This document shows positions 1 to 7,822 of a DNA stretch of 64,000 bases, piece after piece. Below the pieces are notes generated by a model that was not told the origin of the DNA, searched no databases, and saw only the letters and a list, made by a program, of their open reading frames with translations. Where the stretch lies: positions 1 through 64,000 of IMG/VR virus record IMGVR_UViG_3300020469_000002, one strand, 5' to 3'. The position numbers were made by a program, and so were the translations under genes. The DNA comes from a virus. Position 1 is the stretch's first letter. Each line of letters begins with the position of its first letter.

Positions 1-156
1 CACAGCGACGCTCTCAGCGTCTCAGCGTCTCACAGACGCTCACAGCGTCTCAGCGTCGCTCACAGACGCTCACAGCGACTCACAGACGCTCACAGCGTCT
101 CAGAGCGTCTCAGAGCGTCTCAGCGTCGCTCACAGCGACTCACAGCGACACACGTC
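1..156. repeat. Degenerate tandem repeat of 8-10 bp units (CTCACAGCGT/CTCACAGACG/CTCAGCGT)
   Basis: Directly visible units; the first 156 nt contain no AA, CC, GG or TT dinucleotide. Confidence 0.9.
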
Positions 157-304
157 TTCTATGCGAAGTCGATCTCTCAGTCGAAGACTGCTCACGGATC
201 TGCTGATAGTCGAGCTTTTCGAGATCTCACGAGATCTCACAGAATCGCACGCTCTGACGAAGAGAACGCGTCGATCGACGAGAAGAAGCGGATCATCGTC
301 GCTC

Positions 305-1028
305 TCGACGGATCAGCATCGCTCACAGAATCGAGCAGATGCGTCAGAATGACGTGAGGCTCAGCGCTTAGCCGATTTTCGTGCGCTCGCTCGCTTCGCT
401 TCGCTCGCTTCGCTGCGATCGTCGTCTCGACTCGCTGAGAGCGTCAGAAGTCGAGATCGTAGAGCGACAAGTACACTTCGTGTATCTCGACGGATCGCGC
501 TTCTTCGCTGCGCTCTGAGAGATCGTGCTGCGCTCTCGCAGCGCAGCGATCGACGCGTGCGATCTTCGTCGCGAAGAATTGCGGGAAGAAGTGCGATCCG
601 TCGATCTTCTCGTCGCACTGTATCGACTCGAATCGCTGCTCTCAGAGCGTCGCTCTCTCGACGCACGACGCGCGCTGTGAGACGCTGTGAGAGAGCGCAT
701 TCTGCGAGAATGGGCTGATGGACGCACGATCCGTCGATTCTTCGTCTCAGATCGACAGATGCGCGATCCGCGATCTTGACGCTCGCGATCTCGTGCTGTG
801 AGACGACGCGCGAAGATCGCGAAGAGATGCACGGATCGATCGTGTTCATCACGGATCTCACGTTTTCTGCGCGATCTGTACACGACTCGACGCACGTGTA
901 CAAGATCCATCGACGAAAGCATCGTAGCACCCATGATTCCCGTCGATCCGTCGCAACTTTCTCGTGTGAGATCGTTGACTTCTGAGATCCGTCGAGAATC
1001 AGCGATGGATGCACGTTCTCGACGGATC
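305..1028. repeat. Dispersed TCGACGGATC 10-mer array in both orientations
   Basis: Exact copies at 305, 487, 1019 (+) and 595, 728, 986 (reverse complement); near matches at 904 and 945. Confidence 0.85.
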
Positions 1029-1077
1029 GACGGGAACGTCGTGACGGAGCACGTTCTGCCGAGAATGGGCTGATGGA
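705..1077 (+). repeat. 18-bp direct repeat CGAGAATGGGCTGATGGA
   Basis: Copies at 705-722 and 1060-1077. Confidence 0.85.
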
Positions 1078-1572
1078 GCGGGTTCCCGAGAAGGGGGGGC
1101 AGGATCAGCGATCCATGAGGATCCTCGACGAATGCTGAGGCGGTCTCGCGCCTGATTTTCCACATTCCGCACCCCCCTGCGCAGCGATTTTTTCTGCTGA
1201 TTTTTTTGTGCGCAGTGATGAGTGGTCCTTTCGCACTCGCTTCGTTTTACGATTTTGAGAAAACGAGATTCCGTGAAAGGGACTGGTCGATCTTCTTTGA
1301 TCCTCTTTGTGCGCTCGTGAATCGCTGACGCTACAATCAGATCGCACGCGTGACGATTCGCCTCGTGTCTGCGAACGACTCACACTCCCCCTCTGAGTCC
1401 GCAGTCCTAAGCCGGCTGCACTTTCGCACCCCCCTTTCCACGAAGCGTCGTCACGCGTGCTTCTCCAGCCAGTGTCTCGATTCATCGCATGTTTTCGAGA
1501 AATAGCTGTACGATTTGTGTGTGCGATCTTCGTCGCGCACGTCTATCTACAGATGAAAACTGCGAGAACACA

Positions 1573-1866
1573 ATGACCACGAGACATGCCCGCTCACTTA
1601 TCGAAGCCATCGACAGTCATCCCGATGTCTCTTCGTACACCACACTCGGCTGCGCCGCGTACTGTCTGAGACTCGAAAATCTCACATGGCGTGTAGTCGG
1701 ACTCAATCTGTACGCAGACAGCGAGAACAAGCGAGACGAGACTCCGACTGCATACGCGCAACGATGCGCGATCAAAGCTCAAATGGCTGCGATGCACTTC
1801 GCGAAACGACACGCGATGCCCTGGCCCGCCCCCTGCAAGCGTTCATCGAACACTGCGAGAGCATGA
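1573..1866 (+). CDS. Hypothetical protein
   Basis: GAGAACACAATG start context; ATGA overlap with next gene. Confidence 0.6.
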   Translation: MTTRHARSLIEAIDSHPDVSSYTTLGCAAYCLRLENLTWRVVGLNLYADSENKRDETPTAYAQRCAIKAQMAAMHFAKRHAMPWPAPCKRSSNTARA

Positions 1867-2105
1867 TGCCTGAAGAAAAGCCACTCACAGAATGGCTCAC
1901 TTTCGGGAACGGCTTTCGTCGCACGTCGCAAAACCCGCTCGCGACTGCTGATGTCTACCCCTTCGCAAAAAGCTGGCGCTTCGTCGTCATTCATGAAGAG
2001 TCACAGAGAGTGATCTCACAAGGGGTGCGACCGACTGCGACTGACGCGAGAGCGTGCTCCAGTGCTGTGCTCTACGACATGCAAGAAGACAGCTTGCCAT
2101 GGTAG
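1863..2105 (+). CDS. Hypothetical protein
   Basis: Coupled to upstream gene by ATGA overlap; protein-like composition. Confidence 0.6.
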   Translation: MMPEEKPLTEWLTFGNGFRRTSQNPLATADVYPFAKSWRFVVIHEESQRVISQGVRPTATDARACSSAVLYDMQEDSLPW

Positions 2106-2308
2106 ACGCTCGACGAAAGATCGTGACTGCGCACTGTGCAACGTGCGGGAAGAAAGCCCGTCTCACGTTCTTGTCGAAGTGCTGCACGATGCATTGTGCT
2201 GCCCGAGAAATGCTTGCTCGAATCAGCGCGGGTGACCCCGCTCACTGTCGATTCTGCGGAGAGTACAACTTCATTCGATGCTGTCGCTGGCAAGGAGTGG
2301 AGGAATGA
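2099..2308 (+). CDS. Small Cys-rich, probable zinc-binding protein
   Basis: CATC, CC..HC, CRFC, CC motifs; overlaps both neighbours. Confidence 0.55.
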   Translation: MVDARRKIVTAHCATCGKKARLTFLSKCCTMHCAAREMLARISAGDPAHCRFCGEYNFIRCCRWQGVEE

Positions 2309-3531
2309 ACTCGGGCTCGATTGACCGCATGTCTTCTGCTGAAGAACTCGGTCGTCTTGCTGTCTCGTTGCCGAACTGGCGGTGGATGCCGGGGATGAAC
2401 ATACCCGGTCATGGCCGAATCATCGTCAGTTGGTACAAGGACAAAGAAGGCGACAAGTGGCCCGACCTCGACGACCCCGCGACCGCTGGGTGTCTACTGA
2501 AGATGCTCGGTGAAGTCGTTTCTGTGATGCAGTCGAAAGACAAATCATGGTGGGTGACCTCCCCGCGACATAACGGCTGGAAAGGCGAGTCCGCGACGTT
2601 AGGGCGAGCATGTGTTCTTGCTGCTCACGCAATCGGAAAATGGGAAGAACAAAGTCATGCCGATCTACCAGCACAGATGCAAGAAGTGTCTACATCGCTT
2701 CGAAAAGCTGATTCCGATGTCGCAAGCAAACATCATTCAGACGTGTCCGAAGTGTCTGAGCAACGCAACGATCCGAGTAATCAGCAAAACGAGCTTCATG
2801 CTGAAAGGAAGCGGCTGGGCGAAAGACGGGTACGCAAGTCAAGAGTGAAAGCAGCCCAGCTTGGGCTCTTCGCCTCTCGCGCTTCGTCGAACGATGAAAG
2901 CAATACTCGACTGGACTGGTCGTCAATCGAGTACACGCCCGCTCGAATCATGGTCGAGAAGTTTCACTACTCGAAGAAAATGCCGCGCGGAAGAAACATT
3001 TGCTACGGCTGGAAGCACTCGCACGACTTGTACGCAGCAGCAGTGTACGGAAACGGCGTGAACCCGTATCAAGCGAAGTATCTTTCGAAGATCACAGGGA
3101 TCGAAATCACGAACGCCACATACGTGGAGTTGAAGCGACTCGTTCGTGTAGAACCACGTCTTGAAGACGTGTATTTGTCGCAGCTTATGAATCTGTGTCA
3201 TCGCGATCTTGCTCGTCTCGGGTATCGCTGCGTGATTGCGTTCAGCGACCCCGACGAAGGGCACGAAGGCACAATCTACAAAGCCGCGAACTTCACTCAC
3301 ATGGGCAAAACCCAAGCTGAATGGCACTGCATCGACCGCGACGGAAACAAAGTGCATCGTCGCGTCGCGTATCGAGTCGCGAAAGCGAAGAACATCCCAA
3401 TCGAATGGGCGCGAGAAAATCTCGGGCTCACAAGAGTGAAGACGACACCGAGAGACCGATGGATCTGGTTCATCAGCAAGTCAGATCGTCGTCGCTTTCA
3501 CAGACACTTGAAAAAAGAGAGAGAATCATGA
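2305..3531 (+). CDS. Long ORF: N-terminal domain paralogous to 3528-3887, in frame with C-terminal Mom-like domain
   Basis: GGAGGA-ATG start; WRWMPGM..PDLDDPATAGCLL..LGRACV..AIGKW matches the downstream paralog; no stop before the Mom domain. Confidence 0.6.
   Translation: MNSGSIDRMSSAEELGRLAVSLPNWRWMPGMNIPGHGRIIVSWYKDKEGDKWPDLDDPATAGCLLKMLGEVVSVMQSKDKSWWVTSPRHNGWKGESATLGRACVLAAHAIGKWEEQSHADLPAQMQEVSTSLRKADSDVASKHHSDVSEVSEQRNDPSNQQNELHAERKRLGERRVRKSRVKAAQLGLFASRASSNDESNTRLDWSSIEYTPARIMVEKFHYSKKMPRGRNICYGWKHSHDLYAAAVYGNGVNPYQAKYLSKITGIEITNATYVELKRLVRVEPRLEDVYLSQLMNLCHRDLARLGYRCVIAFSDPDEGHEGTIYKAANFTHMGKTQAEWHCIDRDGNKVHRRVAYRVAKAKNIPIEWARENLGLTRVKTTPRDRWIWFISKSDRRRFHRHLKKERES
2657..2848 (+). 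CDS. FmdB-family zinc ribbon protein (nested, alternative frame)
   Basis: MPIYxxxCxxC..FE..CPxC..RVIS..FxLKGSGW follows the FmdB consensus over its whole length. Confidence 0.85.
   Translation: MPIYQHRCKKCLHRFEKLIPMSQANIIQTCPKCLSNATIRVISKTSFMLKGSGWAKDGYASQE
2845..3531 (+). CDS. Mom-like GNAT-fold DNA modification enzyme (probable internal GTG start)
   Basis: HYSK..ELKRL..VIAFSDPDEGHEGTIYKAANF motifs typical of the Mom family; GTGA overlap with the FmdB stop. Confidence 0.8.
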   Translation: MKAAQLGLFASRASSNDESNTRLDWSSIEYTPARIMVEKFHYSKKMPRGRNICYGWKHSHDLYAAAVYGNGVNPYQAKYLSKITGIEITNATYVELKRLVRVEPRLEDVYLSQLMNLCHRDLARLGYRCVIAFSDPDEGHEGTIYKAANFTHMGKTQAEWHCIDRDGNKVHRRVAYRVAKAKNIPIEWARENLGLTRVKTTPRDRWIWFISKSDRRRFHRHLKKERES

Positions 3532-3887
3532 GTGACAGAACGAAAGAAGAATGGGGAGCACTCGCAGCGTCAATCGAAGGCTGGGACTGGTTGCCGGGAA
3601 TGCGCGATGTCGCGGGCTTTCGATTGCTTCGCGCAGGAAACCCTGAAGATCAGCCAAACTGCGTTCCTGACGTAGACGACATGGCGACTGCCGGGTGTAT
3701 GCTCGAACTTCTCGGCTACCCGCAGCTTACTCTCGTCGGAAAAGTCGATGGCGTCCCGCACTACCGTGTGCGAGTTCTCGATACGAACAATGCTTTCGTC
3801 TACGCTACCGGACAAGCATGGGGTCTCGGTCGAGCGTGTGTCGCTGCTGCTGCTGCACTCGGTCGCTGGTGCGGGGGTGACGTATGA
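3528..3887 (+). CDS. Hypothetical protein, paralog of N-terminus of 2305 ORF
   Basis: WDWLPGM..PDVDDMATAGCML..LGRACV..ALGRW; ATGA coupling. Confidence 0.8.
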   Translation: MSDRTKEEWGALAASIEGWDWLPGMRDVAGFRLLRAGNPEDQPNCVPDVDDMATAGCMLELLGYPQLTLVGKVDGVPHYRVRVLDTNNAFVYATGQAWGLGRACVAAAAALGRWCGGDV

Positions 3888-4123
3888 CGAAATCTCAGAT
3901 CGCAAGAGTGCTCGCAGTGCTTGTCTGGACATCATCGTGCGCGATGATCTGGCTTGCATGGACATACTCAGTCATCGACGAGTCTACGAAAGACACAGCG
4001 GACCCAGCTTTCGAAGCAGCAGGCATCGTAGGCGGAACAATGTGTACGACCGGCTGCATGGGCGGTCTCTGGTTCATGGGACTCATCGTTGCAGCACTTG
4101 TCTGGGCACTGATCAGACGATGA
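3884..4123 (+). CDS. Small membrane protein (2 TM)
   Basis: Two hydrophobic stretches; ATGA coupling on both sides. Confidence 0.7.
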   Translation: MTKSQIARVLAVLVWTSSCAMIWLAWTYSVIDESTKDTADPAFEAAGIVGGTMCTTGCMGGLWFMGLIVAALVWALIRR

Positions 4124-4482
4124 AACACAGATTCACGAGCGCAGATCTGGTCAAAATCAAGAAGCGATGGGAAACCGAAACGCTGCAAGAGATCGCAGAT
4201 AGCTACGACACCCCAATCGGGACTCTCAAATCGCTGCTGCATCGACAGAACATCAAGTGCCCGAGATCAAATGCGCAAGGGTCTCGTCGAAAGTTCGGGC
4301 CAGTCACTATCGAAGAGCGAGATCGAAACAGACGATGGTATCGCATGTATCACGGGATGCGGACCGAAGGCGTATCTTCGAAAGACGCGATGTCTGCGCT
4401 CAAAGCAGATGGATGCACACTCAAACGTCATCAGATTACATGTGGATGGTGGCATTACTCAAAGAGAGCTTTCAACAAATGA
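4120..4482 (+). CDS. Putative HTH DNA-binding protein
   Basis: TLQEIADSYDTPIGTLKSLL HTH-like segment. Confidence 0.6.
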   Translation: MKHRFTSADLVKIKKRWETETLQEIADSYDTPIGTLKSLLHRQNIKCPRSNAQGSRRKFGPVTIEERDRNRRWYRMYHGMRTEGVSSKDAMSALKADGCTLKRHQITCGWWHYSKRAFNK

Positions 4483-4778
4483 AACCCAGCATCGAAGAAC
4501 TTGACCCGTACACAGATCGCGCGATTCGCGAACATTCGAAAGCGACACACATCATCGCTCGCTTCGTTGAAAGATGGTCTCGTCACAACAAGCAGACCGT
4601 TTTGCTGATTCGAAGCTGCGATGGGATTCGTTTGATCGACGTAGACGGCGACAGATGGTCGTCTTTCGATATTCAAGAAAGTGAACTGGGCGAGATCTGC
4701 GCGACTCTGAAGCAGTTGTCCGAGACGCGAAGACTCTTCAATGTCGGAGCGTGTATGCCCCGCGGAGCTTTGCGATAG
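4479..4778 (+). CDS. Hypothetical protein
   Basis: ATG overlapping upstream TAA. Confidence 0.6.
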   Translation: MKPSIEELDPYTDRAIREHSKATHIIARFVERWSRHNKQTVLLIRSCDGIRLIDVDGDRWSSFDIQESELGEICATLKQLSETRRLFNVGACMPRGALR

Positions 4779-4816
4779 CAGATGCGCAACACTGCGCAGC
4801 GTGGTAGTGTCGTCGC

Positions 4817-5764
4817 ATGAAACAGCAGCACGACGACAATCCCGGCGCGCAGCAGAGTGTAGATCGAACAGGCGGTCGTGGAGCACTACCTCGTGCTACG
4901 CACGTCGAGTCGATACCGGACTCGTTGAAGCAGCGTGAAAACGAATCGGACACTGCGCATTCCGCGTTTCTTCTTTACGCGATGCAAGTGCCCGAAGATC
5001 GTTCAAATCGTCTCGTTGCGAGAGTGCTCTCTACAGCGGAATCGAACATTCGACTCTGGCGAACGAAGTTCAAATGGCGAGAGCGATGCGCGAGTTGTCC
5101 GAACGTAGAATGGATAGCTCTCGACGTGTATCGAAGACGTATGGACGAGCACGTCGGCAGCGTACACGCTGATCGCTTGCGCGTAGCGTTAGATACAGTG
5201 CTCGACAGCGCAGGCTTCGCGTCTCTGCGTCGCGAAGTGCAGAGACAGCGCACAGCACAGACATCGCGACTCGACGCACGTACTGAGACGACAGACAGCA
5301 CCAAATCGACCGCTGTTTCCACGCAAAATGCGTATGCTTCGAAGCTCGCGACCAACGAGATTGACCAGATTGACGCTGCTCGACAGATGCGAGATCTCGC
5401 AGATCGAATCCGCAAAGATCATCTTCGACCAGAGGATGTCAAGCGTCAGATCGTGCTGATCGACGCTGTTCTCGGGCTCGTTGCGAAGAAGGTCAAGAGC
5501 GGAGAGTTGAAGGTTCGTGTGAGCGACATTCCTGCACTTCTGAAAGCTCGCGCAGCAATCACGGGACTTCCGATGGATCTGACATCGCAGCAGCAGCAGA
5601 GTCCGCAGCTTCATCAACATGCCCATGTACACGTTGTTGAATCTGTGCGTATGCGAGACGCACGAGCGACTGGAGATGACTCAGTAGTTCTCGACGCGAT
5701 GCGCAGTGAAGTGGACGATCTGCGTGTGATTCTCAATGCTGTTCCAGATCGTCGAGGGCAATAA
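4817..5764 (+). CDS. Putative terminase small subunit
   Basis: ESxxAxxAFxxY..RSxxxVA..IRxW..WRER HTH-like N-terminus, helical remainder, upstream of TerL. Confidence 0.55.
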   Translation: MKQQHDDNPGAQQSVDRTGGRGALPRATHVESIPDSLKQRENESDTAHSAFLLYAMQVPEDRSNRLVARVLSTAESNIRLWRTKFKWRERCASCPNVEWIALDVYRRRMDEHVGSVHADRLRVALDTVLDSAGFASLRREVQRQRTAQTSRLDARTETTDSTKSTAVSTQNAYASKLATNEIDQIDAARQMRDLADRIRKDHLRPEDVKRQIVLIDAVLGLVAKKVKSGELKVRVSDIPALLKARAAITGLPMDLTSQQQQSPQLHQHAHVHVVESVRMRDARATGDDSVVLDAMRSEVDDLRVILNAVPDRRGQ

Positions 5765-6090
5765 TGTCGGTCATCGCTTCACCGAACGAGTTTTCAAAGC
5801 TGGGAACAGACAAACGATCAAACGCTCAGAGCGACACTCTCGTGGGTGAGCACTCAATCGGTGGCCCTCTTTCGCTTCGTGACTCGCGCATGTTTCTGGA
5901 CGTTGCGACGCTTCGTCGTCTTCTCGAAGTGGCTGAAGCATCGAGCATCAAGCGAGTGCAGATCGACCGCTGCGGTTTGAGAATCAGATCATGGAAAGAC
6001 AGACACGGGCATGTCTACGAAACATGGCAGATCATCGGCGTTGAGCCGAAGCCAGAGAAGCATCTGATTTTTGACGGAGACACGAAATGA
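5764..6090 (+). CDS. Hypothetical protein
   Basis: TAATG coupling within operon. Confidence 0.7.
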   Translation: MSVIASPNEFSKLGTDKRSNAQSDTLVGEHSIGGPLSLRDSRMFLDVATLRRLLEVAEASSIKRVQIDRCGLRIRSWKDRHGHVYETWQIIGVEPKPEKHLIFDGDTK

Positions 6091-6656
6091 TCAGCGGAGC
6101 AGAAGTTGCAGCAGTCTACGTGGACATCGACTCACTGACGCCATGGGCAGACAACCCGCGTCAAAATGAGCACGCTGTTGACCCGATCATGCGTTCGATC
6201 GAAGAGTTTGGATTCACTTCTCCGATTGTTGCTCGCACAGAAGATCGAGAGATCATCGCCGGTCACACTCGCTGGACAGCAGCAAAGCGGCTCGGGATGA
6301 AACGCGTTCCTGTTCGATTTGTAGATCTGACACAGCAGCAAGCTCGCGCGCTCGCAATCGCAGACAACAGACTCGGAGAGCTTGCAGACTGGGACGCCAC
6401 ACTTCTCGAATCAACGCTGCGAGAGTTGGGCGACTTCGATCAGTCTCTTCTCGACGTGACAGGCTTTGCAGAAGAGCTGGATTCTCTTTTCTCGCAAGAA
6501 GACGACGGTTTCGGTGATGATGGGAGCGGTGCTGGGAACGACCCGACTAAGCTCGAATATCGCGTGGTGATCGAGAATCTGGACGAAAAACAACAAGCGT
6601 CGCTCGTAGAAAAGCTGGAGAAGGAGGGATTCAAGTGCCACGCCTTGATCTCGTGA
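6087..6656 (+). CDS. ParB/Srx N-terminal domain protein
   Basis: NPR..SIEEFGF..PIV..IIAGHTR..A..LG..VPV..IADNR signature. Confidence 0.9.
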   Translation: MISGAEVAAVYVDIDSLTPWADNPRQNEHAVDPIMRSIEEFGFTSPIVARTEDREIIAGHTRWTAAKRLGMKRVPVRFVDLTQQQARALAIADNRLGELADWDATLLESTLRELGDFDQSLLDVTGFAEELDSLFSQEDDGFGDDGSGAGNDPTKLEYRVVIENLDEKQQASLVEKLEKEGFKCHALIS

Positions 6657-7822
6657 TCTCTACTCCGCTGTCCTCTTCGACTCGTGCTCGACAAGTGTGC
6701 AGCATGTTCGATGTCCCGCCCGAGCAGAAGTGTGTTCGAGAGTGGCACGGAGAACTTCCGATAGACGAAAAGAAGTGGAACGTAGGTCTCGTTGTCGGGC
6801 CGAGCGGTTCGGGCAAGTCTTCAATCATGCGACAGCTATGGGGAGACGAGCCGAAGTTCGAGTGGAAAAGCAAGTCGATGCTCGACGACTTCTCGGAGAA
6901 TCTGTCGATCGAAGAGATCGCGAATGTCTGCAACGCTGTCGGGTTCAGCACGATCCCAGCTTGGCTTCGACCGTTTCGAGTGCTTTCCAACGGCGAGCAG
7001 TTTCGTGCGGACTTGGCTCGACGACTGATCGAGTTGCCCGATCCTGTTGTCGTTGACGAGTTCACGAGCGTCGTCGATCGACAAGTCGCAAAGATTGGTT
7101 CTCACGCTGTACAAAAGTGGGCTCGTCGAAAAGATCGGAAGTTCGTAGCGGTCACATGTCACTTCGACGTGATCGACTGGCTTCAGCCTGACTGGATACT
7201 CGAACCGGACACGATGACGTTCCGTTGGAGGTCACTTCAACCGCGACCACAGATCGCAGTCCGAATCGAGCGCATCGCGTATGAAGAATGGCAACGCTTC
7301 GCTCCATTTCACTATCTGAGTGCGCAGCTTTCTCGTGCTGCTCGATGTTTTGGGCTGTTCGTGGAAGGCGTGAGTCACCCCGTCGCCTTCACTTCGACGC
7401 TTCATCGACCACACCCGCGAGTGCATGACGTGATGGGCTTCAGTCGCACAGTGGTTCTTCCGGACTGGCAAGGAATCGGTCTCTCGTATGCTCTCAAAGA
7501 GACTGTCGCGTCTGCGTTCTCAGCGGTGGGCAAGCGCGTTCACAGCTATCCGGCGCACCCGGGCTACGTTCGATCTCTCGTTTCATCTGACAAGTGGAAG
7601 CAGGTGAAGTCTGCTGGTCTGTTTTCTCCCGCTGCCGGTTCAAGCTCTACAGTCGCAGGCTTCGGGGGCAGACCGTGTGCTGTGTTTCGGTACGTCGGAT
7701 CAAAGATGGATCTACGCACTGCTGAATCGTTGCTCGATGTCTCCGCATCAAATCTTCAACAGCGACAACGAGCACTCGTTTTGCGGAAGAAGCCATCGCG
7801 TATGCGAAGGAGAAAAAAGTGA
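6635..7822 (+). CDS. ABC-type ATPase fused to GNAT acetyltransferase
   Basis: Walker A GPSGSGKS, signature LSNGEQFR, Walker B VVVDEF; C-terminal HYL..SRTVVLPDWQGIGL acetyl-CoA motif. Confidence 0.85.
   Translation: MPRLDLVISTPLSSSTRARQVCSMFDVPPEQKCVREWHGELPIDEKKWNVGLVVGPSGSGKSSIMRQLWGDEPKFEWKSKSMLDDFSENLSIEEIANVCNAVGFSTIPAWLRPFRVLSNGEQFRADLARRLIELPDPVVVDEFTSVVDRQVAKIGSHAVQKWARRKDRKFVAVTCHFDVIDWLQPDWILEPDTMTFRWRSLQPRPQIAVRIERIAYEEWQRFAPFHYLSAQLSRAARCFGLFVEGVSHPVAFTSTLHRPHPRVHDVMGFSRTVVLPDWQGIGLSYALKETVASAFSAVGKRVHSYPAHPGYVRSLVSSDKWKQVKSAGLFSPAAGSSSTVAGFGGRPCAVFRYVGSKMDLRTAESLLDVSASNLQQRQRALVLRKKPSRMRRRKK

Noticed and set aside
1-1100. CRISPR array
   Set aside because: Repeats are short or irregularly spaced, with no constant repeat-spacer period and no cas operon
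161-1485. ORFs of 63-265 aa in the left end
   Set aside because: Arg/Ser-rich translations of low-complexity DNA with no RBS or recognisable motifs
6087-6656. ParAB partition system
   Set aside because: No ParB HTH domain, and the adjacent ATPase is ABC-type rather than ParA
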